A stretch of DNA of 64,000 nt from Babesia bigemina (taxonomy: Eukaryota): the NCBI RefSeq assembly GCF_000981445.1, contig NC_027218.1:1798001-1862000 (forward strand), read 5' to 3'. The notes beneath the pieces are model-generated. The model had not been told where the DNA came from and did not search any database. It saw only the letters and a program-made list of their open reading frames with translations. Both the position numbers and the translations under genes were made by a program. Numbering within the stretch: position 1 is the stretch's first letter; each line of letters opens with the position of its first letter. Of the stretch, positions 33,191-46,400 are shown piece by piece.

Positions 33191-33358
33191 TGGCCGGCGG
33201 ACACCTTTAGAAGGTCCTAATCGTTAGCATATACACGGTTAAGCATAGTTTCACTACGAAGTCGCGTGGAGGGCGTGTAGCGCTGCGGCGGCGGCGATGT
33301 GTAGCCGGCGCGTCGGCCTCCCCACCGGCGCCGCCGCCTTCGCCATTACAAACCGAAC

Positions 33359-34099
33359 ATGGACGCACACCAGCCGAGCCAGGCCAGCGCCAACGCTGAG
33401 GCCGTCCTCAAGTCGCCGGCGCTCCGGTTCAACATCGCCGGGCTGCCCGCGCTCACGGCGTACCTGGACGAGCAGATGACCGACGCCGCGCTATACAGCC
33501 TGGAGAACAACGTCGGAATCCTCAAGATTTACACGCTATACCCGCACATCGCGGACCATATCGTCATCCAGAAGGTGCTCGTGCAGTGCCTGACGCGCCT
33601 CCCGGCCAACGACTTCGACGTCTGCATCGCCCAGGTCCCGATTCCCACGCAGGAGCACCCCGTCATCGCCGAGGTGATCTCCCTGCACAACATGTTGCAG
33701 AACTGCCTATTCTACAAGTTCTGGGAGGCGGCGCTCAAGCCGATGGACGACAAGGTGGGACTGCCCTTCGTCGACGTCCCGGGCCTGCGCGACGCGGTCA
33801 GGCGGTTCATCCTGGACGTAGTGCCGCTCCTGTATATGCAGATGAGCGTGCCAGAGCTTAGGTCAATGCTGAACTACGAGAGGAACTGCGAGGAGTTCGA
33901 GCAGATGCTGGCGGCCTGCCGCTGGACGCTCACCAGCGACTACTCGCGCTCGAACCCCGACGCGGGGATGTGCGTGCCCGCCGCGCGCGACGACATCGCG
34001 AAGAGCCAGAGGTCACACGAGGTCCACACGGAGGTGAACAAGTACTTCAAGGTCGACTCCATGCGTGTCTACTACTCCACCATGCGCCATGCCGCCTGA
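33359..34099 (+). CDS. EIF3K: Translation initiation factor 3 subunit K
   Basis: RFN..L..YLDEQ..YSLENNVGILKIY..IQKVLVQCLTRLPANDF..LQNCLFYKFW pattern of eIF3k. Confidence 0.8.
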   Translation: MDAHQPSQASANAEAVLKSPALRFNIAGLPALTAYLDEQMTDAALYSLENNVGILKIYTLYPHIADHIVIQKVLVQCLTRLPANDFDVCIAQVPIPTQEHPVIAEVISLHNMLQNCLFYKFWEAALKPMDDKVGLPFVDVPGLRDAVRRFILDVVPLLYMQMSVPELRSMLNYERNCEEFEQMLAACRWTLTSDYSRSNPDAGMCVPAARDDIAKSQRSHEVHTEVNKYFKVDSMRVYYSTMRHAA

Positions 34100-34496
34100 A
34101 GCTGCGCCGGGGCCTAGCGTCGGCCGCCTCTACGTCGCCGGCAGGGGCGCCGCAGCCTCGCACCGCCGCTGTGGTGGCAGGCGGTGCCGAACGGCTGCTT
34201 AGATCGGGTGTCCACTCACGGCACTGAAGCGTCGGTAAGCGGGGCACGCTGTCCGCCATGCGGGCACCCCGTTGCGAACTGTCTGCTAATGTTGATGGAA
34301 CCCCGTCACTAATTGCACAGCCGTGGTGCTGTCGTTTGCAAAGGTGGTCACAATGTGCTGGGGACGCCGGCACACTAAACTTGTTGTTGACGTTGCGTTC
34401 GTTACTGCTTTGCATCTGGGTGTATGCGCACACGTAATACGAATTTGCGTAGTAATACAATTAATCGGTTCGCGCAGGCGCAACTGCTGCGCGCAG

Positions 34497-37226
34497 TCAG
34501 CTCCCGCTGCGCAGAGCCTTGCCGATAGTGTGGACGAACAGCGGGACCAGGGCGGCCGCCTCGGCCTTGACGGACGCGCGCCCGTTGGAGAACACCGCCA
34601 GCAGCTGCAGCGAGTTCGTGGTGCTCGCGTAGAAGCACTCGTTGGCCTTGGAGCTGCCCACGTTGAGGCCGGCGCCGACGAACGACAGACCGGCCTTCGC
34701 AAGGCGGTCGGTGACGGGCAGGCTGTCGCCCACGGCGAACGTCTCCTCCTGGCCAGACAAGCCCCAGAGCTCCTCGAACTCGCTGCGCGTTATTCGCGCG
34801 CCGTGCAGCAGCACGATCGGCAGCTCGTAGAACACGCGGAAGTAGAACACGTCCACGGTGGTCTTGATGGCGACCTGCAGCGCGATGGGGTTAGCGGGCG
34901 GGGTGTTGGACATGATGACGTTGGCCGCGAGCGGCACGTGCGCCTCCGTGGTCTTCTCAGGCGCCACCAGCACGGGGCTGGCGAGTGGCGCCGCGGGGCT
35001 GAGCCCGAACGAGTTCTTGTTGAACTGGATGGCCAGCAGCGATATCGACGCCGCGGTCTTGTTGGTCATCGACAGCTTCAGCGACATCTTCTCGCCCTCG
35101 CGGTACAGGCACGCCACCACCTGCAGGCCAATCTGGCCGTTGGAGCCCTGCTGGTGCTGAGTCAGCACCACCTCGTCCTTGCACGTGTAACGGAACACCC
35201 TGCCGAAGGTCTCGAACAAATCGTCCTCGCCGTGGTACGGCTGCAGGTCGCGGCCGCCGCGCTGGTCCTCGTCGTAGTCGTCCAGGCCGTCGAAGGACCG
35301 GCCCTTGCGCGGGCTGATGTCGGAGTCGGCCGTGTCCAGCAGGTCGCCGTCGCTGGACGACGCGTCTCCGGACTGCTTCTCGCGCGACGCGCCCAGCGGC
35401 TGCGCGTCCTTGAACGTCAGCGCCCACGCCGGCAGGTGGTACACCGACGAGACGTGCCCTAAATTGCTCAGCAGGTTGTCCAGCACCTCGCTGTCCATCA
35501 CGGCCTCGCCGATCGGCGGCAGCGGCGCCAGCACCACCTTGGCGGCCACCGCGTCGCCGTGCTCCAGCAGCCTCAGGTACATCTGCGCGCGGGTACGCAC
35601 GTCGGGGCTCGCGCTCTCGTGCACGCAGCGCTCGATCACGTGCTCCACCATCCCGGTGTCCCGACCGCGGGTCACGGCCACCTTCACCGCCGCCGTCAGC
35701 AGGCTCAGCTGCACCGCGTGGTCCTCGTCGTGCATCGTCTCAGCCATGTTCGCGAGGTACTCGGCCGCGTCGGGGATCTTAGCGGCGTACTGGCCGATGA
35801 TCCAGATCAGCGCGGACTTCGACTCCACGGCGTGCAGGTACTCGCCGTCGGCGCACATGGAGAACAAATCAAGGTTGAACATGTGCGGGTACGCGCGCAG
35901 CAGGTCGCGGTACACGATGGTGCACTCCTCGGTGAGGTGCGCCGCCCGCAGACGCAGCAGCTCGTTCAGGGCGTTACCGCAGGCCGACAGCGCGGCCTCC
36001 AGACGCACGCCCAGCGACCCTATGGCACGCACGGCCCTCCTCACGAAGTCGTGGTCGATGTCGGTGGCGTACTCAGAGAGCTCGGCCAGGATCTTCTGGA
36101 AGTTGCTGGTCGTCGCCAGACGCACCATGATCTCCAGCTTCTCGATGCGCACGTACAGGGGGTCGCGGCTCTTGCAGAAGAACGCGCGCACGTGGCCCTC
36201 GAGCAGACGCGGCCACTTCTCGATGATCACCAAAATCGAACGCAGCGCCACGTACTGGATCTCCGGCTCAAGCGACGCAAGCGTCACCAAAGGCGCCGCC
36301 AGCTTCCCCTGCAGCACGCGCAGGTACTCCTTGTCGCCGATCTTCGGCAGCATCTTGATCACCACCTTCATGGCCGACATCACCACGGCCGGGTTTATGT
36401 GCGAGAAGCGCGGCAGCACGCCCTCGATCAGGGTGCGCGCCTCCTCCGGGCTGCCGGGCTTGTACAGCATCAGCGCGTCCAGAATGTACACCTGGCCCCA
36501 CTCCATGCACTCGTTCAGCGAGTGCAGCAGGCCCTCCAGCTTGGCCGGGTTCTTGGCCAAAATGCGGGCCACCAGGTTCTCCTCGGACTGCTCGGAGATC
36601 TCCACCAGCGTCGACACCGCGTTCGCCACCACCATCGGGTTGGTGTCCGACATCATCCGCTCCAGCACGTCGATGAAGCCCTCGTCACGCACCAGCTGCG
36701 GCGATATCCCTGCGCACGCGTCACTCACAAGCACTGACGCCTACCGTGGAGTTTTGCGATGCAAATGGCCGCCGTCTTGCGGACGTACGGGTCGGGGTCG
36801 GAGTGGCAGCGCATCAGCGGCTCCACCATGTACTCCGTGACCGCCGGGAGCCGAATGTAGCCCATCGTGCGCACAGCGAGCGCCCTGCGAACACGGTTAC
36901 AACAGCCGCAACGGGGCCTACCTGATGAGCGGGTTGCGATCCTTGGCATCCTTGCAGAACGTGTTCACCGCCAAAATCGCAAGCTCAGGCTGCACCTTCG
37001 CGTAGTTTATCACGTACAGGTACACCAGCTTCTTCAGCTCGAGGTTGTTGGTCTGGATGCAGTTTACCACCTCGGGGAACAGGCTAGACACGTCCTTGCC
37101 GACGGTCATGGCCCCGATGATCTTTTTGATGGCGTCCTTTCGCCGGTCCTTAGACGCCTTCTGCAGCTCCTCGCGCAGCTCCTGGATCTCGGAGCGGCGG
37201 TTGCCGCGAAAGTACTTACCGTCCAT
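34497..37226 (-). CDS. AP-1/AP-2 beta-adaptin, multi-exon
   Basis: [57 protein letters not shown] and a C-terminal appendage ([11 protein letters not shown]). Confidence 0.93.
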
Positions 37227-37531
37227 CGCGGCGAGGCGACGCAGCACACACCTCTGTAACTCAGACAGAAAATTGCGCTACACGGTCACGTACGCGCGCA
37301 AGTTCCGGTTGTGTACGCGGAGCCGCGGCGCGGCGGCAGGAGACGGCGGTCCCCATGACCCTTCGGCGCGTGGACAGCGCAGGCAGCGGCGCCCCTGGGC
37401 TGCGCGAAGCGTACCCACCAAGCGCTAAGCCGGCCAACACACACAAAATGCAGCTATAAAAACGACCCCAACGGCCGTGAAAACAAAAAGAAGCGCAAAC
37501 AACACGCTAGCGTTTAACAACCAAGTTACGT

Positions 37532-37895
37532 CTACTCGGATTCGCGGAGAATGTCGGAGTCACCCGCGTCGAGGATGGCCATGCAACCGACGCGGAAGTA
37601 TTTACCGCAGACGGTGCCCAGGTCGTTGTTGTCGCCCGCGAACATGTGGATGTTGCACTTGGCGAGCATCGCGTAGTGCTCGATCTCGGCGCGGCGGATG
37701 GGCGGGCAGTTGTTGCTGATGATGACCATGTGCGCTGCGAAACGGTGACGCCGACGCCAGTGGATACCTACCTTTGCCGGTGCGCAGCGCGGACCTGGTG
37801 GACTTGAACCCGAGGCACACCTTGCCGGACTTCATGACCAGCTGGAGCTTCTGGTTCATGTTGTCCATACCCTTAGACTTGGTCTTCTTCGCCAT
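37532..37895 (-). CDS. RPL30: 60S ribosomal protein L30 (eL30), 2 exons
   Basis: [18 protein letters not shown] / [40 protein letters not shown] intron at ~37735-37771. Confidence 0.95.
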
Positions 37896-38284
37896 CTTGA
37901 TAACAAGCGATTGCGTGCTACTCAGCGGTAAACACCTCTCAGCACTACGATGTGGTCGGGCGCGAGCGACGACGACGCTCGGGCGGATCAGCGGGCAAAA
38001 CGAGGCTGGCAATGACGAGCCTTTTAAAGTATAACGCGATGTGAGGGCGGGGTACGCAGCGGTTGCCGAATCTCGGGCGATGGCCACCAGCCCCACCCGG
38101 CGGTGCCGCCCGCAGCGCGTTAAGCGGTGTTCGGCGACGCCGACACCGCCGCGTGGAAATGCCGCAAATTTACAGGCGTGCTATCGTATACCTTATCGCG
38201 AGTTATGTGTACAGTGTCTTGCGCCGGGTGTCAAAACCGCTGGCAGTCGTGACGCTGTGGCTGCGGCGCCGGCTTCGTTATCGG

Positions 38285-40612
38285 TTACCCCGTTTTGCGC
38301 TGGTTAAATATCTTTTTGAAGAAGGCGGTGCACCGCTTATCCGGTTTGACGGCGTCCTCGGCGTTTGTGTGCGATCCTACTTTGACGATCTTGAGGTCCG
38401 CTGGCGCCGCTTGCGGCGGGCCGCGTAGGACCTCTGCCAGGTCGCCCCCGCCGTCGCTGTGCTCATCGTCGGCCTGGTTCGCGGCGCTCTGGGTGTGATC
38501 GCTTCCACCTGCATTTTTAGACAGGCCGAGTACGCCCTGGTACGTTGCTTCAGCCTCGGCCAGGGTCCTGACGCTCTGGAGCCACCTCTCTTCAGCCGTC
38601 ATCGTGGGGTTTGGGGCGTACTTGTTCGTCTCCAGGGGCAGTTCGTCGGGGTCATACCGCAACGCGGATGACGGCGCAGCGCTTCTGTCGTCCGCCTCGG
38701 GGCGACTCACCTCATTAGCCACCGTACCTACCGTTGCACCACCGCCTTGCGGCGTGAGCAGGTTGCCAGTGGAGGGCGCCTCGGCGACGCCCGGCCTTCG
38801 GGCGATCGGAGAGGGGGTTCGACGTGGCAGGTCGGTGGCTACGTCGAGTCTGCGGACGTTCGTGCCCGTCGGCTCGTTCGCTGGCGGCGCCGCTTCCTGC
38901 TGGCGTAGCGGCGACCTGGGCTCGACCAAGCATTCGGCCGGCCTCGCAACTATCACGGAGGGGCGCAGCAGCGGGTGCGGTTCTGGCATTTGCGACGCCG
39001 TGCTCGGTTGCGCGTTCGGCAGAGGGGAACTCCGCGGCAGCCGGTCGTAGCCGCTGGGAAGCAGGTCCGGGCCCGGCGACACCCGCGGCAACGGGGGCTC
39101 GGTGTAGTCGAGGTCGCCCAGGTTTATCTTGCGCACCGGTTCCCTTGCGGCCTCCTTGCTGAACGTGGGAGGATACCCTGCCGGCGGCTCCTGCATGACG
39201 TCGCCGACGCCGCCATAGAACACGTCGGGAGGCCGTGCCCACGGACGCGACGGGTTACGCCAGATCATGTTGTCCCGCGACGAGGTCGAGCCGTCGAAAT
39301 ACGGGTAATCCCTGAAACGCGGCGGCGGCGCCGCCGCAGCATCCTCCTGCAGCACCACGCTGCTGGCAGTCTCACTTGCGTACGGCGGAGCGTTGTTGTC
39401 CGACAGGCAAATGGAGGTGTACCCGTAGGACGACGCGCCCTCGCTGAACTCCACTTCCGCGTCGCTGTAGTCGCCGGGGTCGGACGGGCTCAGCATGCGC
39501 CGGAGTGCCGTGTTAGTCGTGCGCGTGCGGCGCGTGTCTCGGGGCGCGTCGGGTTCGTAGGGGGGCTCCCAACGGCCGCTGTGGTCGTGGCGAGGGCCAC
39601 TGTAGGACGGCACTTCGGCCCTACCGGGATGGCGGGGGCCGCCGTCGAACGGGCGCTCCTGGAACTGGCCGTGGTGGCGTGACCTCGGGCGAGGATAATG
39701 CCGATTGTAGTTCGGCGAAACGCGCCGTTCGCTCCCGTTGTGCGGCAGAGGTTCCCTGGGGCGGATGGCCCTCGGGTTGTAGATGGCGTCGGCGCCCTGC
39801 GACAGCGCAGTGCACGTCGACAGTGCGCTCTTGCCGGTGCAGCTCACCAGCTGGCACACCGCCAGCACCATGGAACCCAGCCCAGAAACAAGGTGGGACG
39901 CTGCCTCAGTCCACGGCTCGCTGCAGTCCTTGGGTGTACTGGCTGCATCCCTCCTTTTCGTAGGCGCCTTCACTCCGCGCTGGGGGGGAGCCCGCGGGGG
40001 GTGAGGCACGGCGTCATCAAACGACCGGTCGGCGTACGGCATGTTCTGCTGCAAGGCTCTGGCGGTCTGCTTCATCTCCATCAGGTGGCGCCGCAGCTTG
40101 TGGGTCTGGAGCCTCAGGTCGAGCAGGTCCACTGAATCCGACGTGCGATTGTCCCCGTCATATGACTCGGTTTCGCGCGCGATAGCAGAGGGGTAATGCT
40201 GGGCGCTTGGTTGCACGGCTTCCCTGTCGCGGTATTCGTGTCTACCGCGCGACTGCCTCGGAACCGCTCCGCGCTGCCATCCCTGATCGTACGCAGGCGG
40301 GCGGCCGGGATCTAACCCCGCGAATGCATTATGCTGCGGCTGGGGAGACGGAGACGGATACACGACGTAACGATCGGAGCCACGTATGTGCCGATTAGGT
40401 CGTATAGGCGGTTGCGTGTACCGGTCCTCCATGGTGGGCCGCCCGGGACTGCGCATCCCGGCCATACCGGGCGGCGGACGATCTTCGCCATTTCCACACG
40501 GAACCTGGTACTGATGTGACCTCCCGTCGCTGAATTCACCCATGTGCCGCGGATAACGGGACGGATCTTCCTGCCAAACGACGCCCGCACGACGGTCACT
40601 GGAGCGAAGCAT
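38285..40612 (-). CDS. Hypothetical Pro/Arg-rich, largely disordered protein
   Basis: ORF of ~775 aa from ATG 40612, with one short coiled segment and one hydrophobic Cys-containing segment. No recognised family. Confidence 0.7.
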   Translation of the reverse strand: MLRSSDRRAGVVWQEDPSRYPRHMGEFSDGRSHQYQVPCGNGEDRPPPGMAGMRSPGRPTMEDRYTQPPIRPNRHIRGSDRYVVYPSPSPQPQHNAFAGLDPGRPPAYDQGWQRGAVPRQSRGRHEYRDREAVQPSAQHYPSAIARETESYDGDNRTSDSVDLLDLRLQTHKLRRHLMEMKQTARALQQNMPYADRSFDDAVPHPPRAPPQRGVKAPTKRRDAASTPKDCSEPWTEAASHLVSGLGSMVLAVCQLVSCTGKSALSTCTALSQGADAIYNPRAIRPREPLPHNGSERRVSPNYNRHYPRPRSRHHGQFQERPFDGGPRHPGRAEVPSYSGPRHDHSGRWEPPYEPDAPRDTRRTRTTNTALRRMLSPSDPGDYSDAEVEFSEGASSYGYTSICLSDNNAPPYASETASSVVLQEDAAAAPPPRFRDYPYFDGSTSSRDNMIWRNPSRPWARPPDVFYGGVGDVMQEPPAGYPPTFSKEAAREPVRKINLGDLDYTEPPLPRVSPGPDLLPSGYDRLPRSSPLPNAQPSTASQMPEPHPLLRPSVIVARPAECLVEPRSPLRQQEAAPPANEPTGTNVRRLDVATDLPRRTPSPIARRPGVAEAPSTGNLLTPQGGGATVGTVANEVSRPEADDRSAAPSSALRYDPDELPLETNKYAPNPTMTAEERWLQSVRTLAEAEATYQGVLGLSKNAGGSDHTQSAANQADDEHSDGGGDLAEVLRGPPQAAPADLKIVKVGSHTNAEDAVKPDKRCTAFFKKIFNQRKTG

Positions 40613-40670
40613 GTTTACCCCGGGTGAACAATACGTAGCGCACGTCCTTCTCACGGTGATAAACACAACT

Positions 40671-40917
40671 CACAATTGTAGGACTTCAAAAACGATGTAT
40701 CCACAATTGTAGGACTTCAAAAACGATGTATCCACAATTGTAGGACTTCAAAAACGATGTATCCACAATTGTAGGACTTCAAAAACGATGTATCCACAAT
40801 TGTAGGACTTCAAAAACGATGTATCCACAATTGTAGGACTTCAAAAACGATGTATCCACAATTGTAGGACTTCAAAAACGATAACCCACAATTGTAGGAC
40901 TTCAAAAACGATAAATC
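40671..40917. repeat. 31-bp tandem minisatellite x8 (cacaattgtaggacttcaaaaacgatgtatc)
   Basis: Six identical copies at 40671-40856 plus two variant copies; no spacers. Confidence 0.97.
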
Positions 40918-41350
40918 CGCAATCTAAAACCCTCTCGATCAATATCCCGACGGATACAAGCTGGAAGGTCGCGTATATGTCGAGTAACTTGTTGACCGTC
41001 CTTGCCGTGGTTGGCTATCGGGTAGCATGGCGGCCCTAAAAATCCACCCTGGCCAACTGTGCAAAGTAAAAACCGCTCCTGCTTCTATAAGATGCCGCGA
41101 ATCTCCGCTGAGACTCCCTGATGAGTTAACGGAGGCAGGCGGCGCGTAACCAAGGGCGGCTCTCCTGGTACCGGGAGATCCAACGCAACTGCAAAATTTT
41201 TCGTGTTGCCGCAAACAACGCCGACATCATACTAACCGCGCTCGCCCGCGCGCAGCGCGCGGAATTTCGAAACTGCGAAAAAACACCCGGCGGAAACTGG
41301 ATCTAACACGCGGAAAGTTGACACAGCGGTGCACAAACATTAGGCGGCGG

Positions 41351-42472
41351 TTAACGTTTACCCGACATGGCGGACATGCGGTGGAACAGCACTGACATCT
41401 TTGCGATGTTGTCGAAGCACAGCGCGCTGACGTTCTTGGTGTGCGTCGCGCACTCGTTGCTCATGACGATGGTGGACAACTGCGATGGCTTCTCGACCTT
41501 CTTCAGCGGGCTCAGGTCCAGCTCAGGAAGCGGCAGCACGGGCTCGCCCTTGAGGCGGTTCTGCTCGTTCTCCAGCCTGCGGCGCTCCACCAGCTGCTTG
41601 TGGTGCTGCGTCAGCTTCGCCAGCTCGCGCTGGTAGCGGATCACCTTGTCCTGGTTGTCGCACAGCGCCTCCAGCGACTGCGACAGAAACTCGAGGTTGT
41701 GCGACAGGTACTTGTTGCGGTCAGCGTCCAGGATGTCGAACACGGACACGTTCTGCGCGGGGCTGTCGAACACGTACTGGCTGAGGAAGCACTCCGAGAG
41801 GATAGAATTCTTAACCACGATCGGGACCTCGACCAGGATCTGGGTGCCCTTCAAATTGTTGAAGCTCTTCACGTCGCCCTGCGCGTTGCGGTACAGCTCC
41901 AGCAGCTGGTCGGAGGCGCGGTACGCCTTGAACGAGATCTCGCCGGTGCTCGACATCGGGTCGAAGCCCAGCATTATCGCCTGGTCAATCGCCTCCTGGT
42001 AGTTCACCAGGTTGTCGATGACCTCCTTCGACTGCACGTCGCCGAAGTGCAGCGTCTGGTACCAGCCGATGGCGAAGCAGTCCACGTGGATGTCGTGCAG
42101 CAGGTCAGACATCTTGTCGTGGTACTTCATGAACTCCTCGTCCGCCTTTTCCTCCAGCTCCTTCTCGCTCATGTTGGTGGTGCTCTTGTCGCGGTTCAGC
42201 GCGTTGTAGATGTCGCGCTTCTGCGGGAACGAGAAGCAGTTCGTCACCTCCAGACGGTCGCCGAACGCCATGCCCAGCAGCTGGCCGTTCACCGGCACCG
42301 GGTAGTTGTCCTTGCAGTGCTTCAGAGCCTTGATGAGCGCAAGGCTGTCTATCTCCACGTAGGTCTCGCTGGCGCCCACCGACGGCCTGCCGACCGACCC
42401 CGCGTCTGGCGGGGTGGCCAGCGGGCTCCGCGCCATCAGCACGTGCGAGCTCTTGTTCGCCGTAATATCCAT
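41351..42472 (-). CDS. EIF3H: Translation initiation factor 3 subunit H (MPN domain)
   Basis: [55 protein letters not shown] and C-terminal [17 protein letters not shown]. Confidence 0.88.
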   Translation of the reverse strand: MDITANKSSHVLMARSPLATPPDAGSVGRPSVGASETYVEIDSLALIKALKHCKDNYPVPVNGQLLGMAFGDRLEVTNCFSFPQKRDIYNALNRDKSTTNMSEKELEEKADEEFMKYHDKMSDLLHDIHVDCFAIGWYQTLHFGDVQSKEVIDNLVNYQEAIDQAIMLGFDPMSSTGEISFKAYRASDQLLELYRNAQGDVKSFNNLKGTQILVEVPIVVKNSILSECFLSQYVFDSPAQNVSVFDILDADRNKYLSHNLEFLSQSLEALCDNQDKVIRYQRELAKLTQHHKQLVERRRLENEQNRLKGEPVLPLPELDLSPLKKVEKPSQLSTIVMSNECATHTKNVSALCFDNIAKMSVLFHRMSAMSGKR

Positions 42473-42739
42473 TGTCTGTGCGGTGCCCTCCACGCGCAAA
42501 AGTTGCAGCGATAAACGCCAGCAGCGGCCCAGACTCCCGCCGACCTATGGGGCCGCCGACGGTGTGTCCGCCGCGACGCGGCGGAAGCTCGCTGGAAGGC
42601 ACGCACATCGAGCGCAGACTGGGACCTACTCAACCGCGCCGGTACACACCCACGGCCGTGGCAGCAGGGAAGCCGAAGCGCCCGCCGCTACCACGGCGAT
42701 ACTGCGGCGACACAGAGGGGAACACGCCTCCAGTCAGCG

Positions 42740-43460
42740 ATGTTGCTCAGCCGCGACCCGCAGTATTCGCCACCCAATGACGACAGTTGCGACTCGCTGG
42801 TAGGCGGGTGTGGCGGACTCAACACCGCGCGCAGTCGGACGACCTCCACGACTACGATTACGACATCTCGCCGCTCTCGACTGGAATCCCGGTGCCTGTC
42901 TTCGACATCAGCGACAGCATGAGCATGGCTGAGCCAAGCTTCAGAGAGTACAAGAGAGGTGGGCGGCTAGCGCCGGCGCGATCACTGGCTGCAGAGTCGA
43001 ATCGCATATCGGATGACGCGCTGAGCGTCATGCGCGACGAGTACTACGCCAACTCGGCCGTCACCGCCAGCGCCTTCGACCAGGCCACCTTCTACAAGCT
43101 GCAGGTGAGCGGCACTGTGCGCTGAGCAAACCGTGCCAAGGCGGAGATACTGGTCAGCAAGCGCCGGTACAAGGAGGCGCTCGGCGCCGCGCTCGTGGCC
43201 GAGTCCGCGGAGGGGCGCTCCAGGGTCATCGACGCAGTCAAGATGATATGCATGTACCAGCTGAACGACGAGGAGCGGTTCAAGGAGCTCAAGCAGTGAG
43301 TTTGCGCCGCGACGCCTTGACACGACGCAGGGAGCTGACCGCCACCGGCCTCGGCGGACTGTCGGAATCGCTGAAAAAGCAGGCGCTCGGCACCATCGAG
43401 GTCTCGGAATGGGTGCCGGAATTCCTCAACTGTCTCGATCAGATGAAAACGAAAAACTGA
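42740..43460 (+). CDS. Hypothetical protein, 4 exons
   Basis: ORF pieces join in frame via short GT-AG introns (42800-42834, 43105-43140, ~43296-43330). Confidence 0.6.
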
Positions 43461-43477
43461 TTTTTAAATTCACGTGT

Positions 43478-46400
43478 CTACTGATCATGCACCTCCACGG
43501 CGACGGAGAAACGCTGCTCGCCGAGCTCGAAAGTGTCACTGTGCACGTTGCCCGCGGCGGGCACCTCGCGGGTCACCACCACGCTGCGCCGCAGCGTCTT
43601 CTCGAGGTACTCGGTCTGCAGCGACAGCTTCTCGAACGCAAGCTCCCCGTGCGGCTGCACGTAGATGGTGATGGAGTCGTTCACCGACAGCCGCAGCTGT
43701 TTGCGCAGCTTCTGCACGCGGTTCGCCACCTCGCGGGCGCACGCCTTCCAGCGCAGCGACTCGTCGCTCGTGAAGTCCAGCAGCACCGCCACCTCGCGGT
43801 TGGAGTCACCGTCGATGTCGGGGTGCGACAGCGCGCCGACGTCAATGCGGCGGCTGATGACCACGTCGTCCAGCGTGATGGTGTGGCCCAGCACGTCGGC
43901 GCTGCCCTCGCTCTCCAGCCGGGCGATCTCGGCCTGGCTCATGCCCTTAATGGCGGCCGCCACCGGCTTCATCGCCTGGCCCAGCCGGGCGCCCAGAGCC
44001 TTGAAGTTGGGCGTGATCTGGCAGCTGATGCACGATACGTCCTTCGAAAGCTCCACGTTCATCACGTTCAGCTCGTCCTTCACCAGCGCCTCCAGCTCGC
44101 GCACGGCGGACAAAACGCGCTCGTCCTCGTGCACCACCTTCAGCCCAGCGATCGGGGTCTTCAGCGACACGCGGCGGCGTTCGCGCACCGTGCGCCCGAG
44201 CAAAATCACCTGCTGCATCACGCGCACCTTGAAGGTTATCTCCTCGTCGACAACGCCGCTCACGCGGGGCAGCATCTCGAAGTGGATGCTCTCCATCCTG
44301 CCGGGGGCGGCGCGCTTGAGGTTGGCGTAGATCATCTCGGAAGTGAACGGCGCGAACATGCTCATCAGGCACGTGAAGGCGTCCAGAGACGAGTACAGCG
44401 ACGCCAACGACACGTACGACTCGTCCTCGCCGAACGCGCCACGCATGCGGTCGCGGTTGATGCGGATGTACCAGTTAGTGAGCTGCTCCAGGAACGCCAG
44501 CAGCTGCGGAAGCACGTTGTACAGCCGGTACGCACCCATCTCACGGTGCACGCCATCGATGAGCTGCTGCGTTATCGAGTGCAGCCACCGGTCCATCACG
44601 CACGACGAGTCGACCGCGGCGGAGGCGCTGGGCACGAAGCGGCGGCCGGTCACGACCTCGAAACGGGACGCCTCCTGGACCAGGAACCGGTACGCGTGGA
44701 ACCACGGCAGGATCACGTCCTTCAGGATCCCTCGCACGCCGTCGGTCATGAAACGAAGCGGTTCGGCACGCACCGCGGGTGACGAGATGAGGTACAGACG
44801 CACGCTGTCCGCGCCGTACTGGTTGATGACCTCCACGGGGTCAGCGAAATTCTTCAGACGCTTAGACATCTTCTTGCCGTCGCTCGCAAGCACGAGGCCG
44901 TTCACGATGATGTTGCGGAACGCGGGCGCGCCGAACAGGTGAGTCGACAGCACCATCAGGGTGTAGAACCACCCGCGGGTCTGGTCCAGGCCCTCCGCGA
45001 TGAAGTCCGCGGGGAAGCATTGCGGGAAGCTTTCCTTGTTCTCGAACGGGTAGTGGATCTTGGCGTACGGCATGGAACCGCTCTCGTACCAGCAGTCGAA
45101 AATCTCAGGGATGCGCCGCAGCGGCTTGAACCCGGGGCCGCGCGGGTCGGGGATCTCGATCTCGTCCACGAAGTGACGGTGCAGGTCGCTCACCTTGCGG
45201 CCAGAGAGACGCTCCAGCTCCTCGATGCTCCCGACGCACACCACCTGAGTGTAGTCCTCGCTGACCCACAGCGGGATCGGGGTGCCCCAGAAACGGTTGC
45301 GGCTCACGCACCAGTCGCGGGCGTCAGCAATCCAGTTGCGGAAGCGCTTCTCCTTGACGAAGCGCGGCACCCACTGCGTCTGCTCCACGCACCGCAGAAT
45401 GTCCTCGCGGTACTCCTCCACCTTGATGAACCAGCAGCTGACGGCGCGGTACACCAGGGGCGTGTCGCTGCGCCAGCAGAAGGGGTACGAGTGCACCAGG
45501 GTGCCCGCGTGCACCAGGCGGCCGCGCTCCTTCAGCATACGCTTGATCTCGGAATCCGCGTCCTTGATGTACATCCCGCCGAGCCGCTGCAGGTGCGACT
45601 TGAAGTTGCCGCTCTCGTCGATGAGCTCGGGCAGCGCGCCGCGGATCACGCCGTTGCGCTTGCAGACCCTCATGTCCTCCTCGCCGAAGTACGGCGCAGC
45701 GTGCACGATCCCGCTACCCGCGTCCGCGGTGACCATCTTGTCGCCCACGATCACGTACGACCGCGACAGCTGCTCCTCGTCGAACCCGGGCTCCGACGCG
45801 TAGTACTCGAACAGCGGCTCGTAGCGCTTGCCGACCAGCTCGGAACCCTGCAGCTTGCGCACCACGCGGACGTCCTTGTCCACGACCAGACGCGCGTCGT
45901 TGCAGAAGCTCTCCATACGGCACTCGGCCACCACGTAGTCCACGCCACGCTGCTCGTGGTGGAGCACCACGTACACGAACTCGGCGTTCACGATCAGCGC
46001 CAGGTTCGACGGCAGCGTCCACGGGGTGGTCGTCCACGCCACCAGCTCAACGGGCTCGTCGACGCAACGGAACGCCACGTACACCGCGGGGTCGGTCACG
46101 TCCTTGTAGTTCAGGTTAGCCTCGAAGTTAGACACCGGAGTCGTGCACGCCAGCGAGTACGGCATCACCTGGAACCCGCGGTAGACCACGCCTTTCTCGA
46201 ACAGCTGCTTGAACACCCACCACAGCGTCTCCATGTAGCTGGTGTTCAGGGTCTTGTAGTCGTTGTCGAAGTCGATCCACCGACCGGTGCGGGCGATGAT
46301 CTCCCTCCACTCGCCCGAGTACCGCATCACGATCTCCCTGACGAACTCATGTGATGCGTACAGTCGCGGCAACGTACCGGCATTTCTCGTTGTATACGCC

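Noticed and set aside
35305..36840. Long antisense ORFs (also 41441-42514, 43409-44782, 44939-46354, 51124-52764)
   Set aside because: They are shadows of GC3-rich genes on the opposite strand and have no independent protein features.
40671..40917. CRISPR array
   Set aside because: Units are directly adjacent with no unique spacers, there are no cas genes, and the context is eukaryotic.
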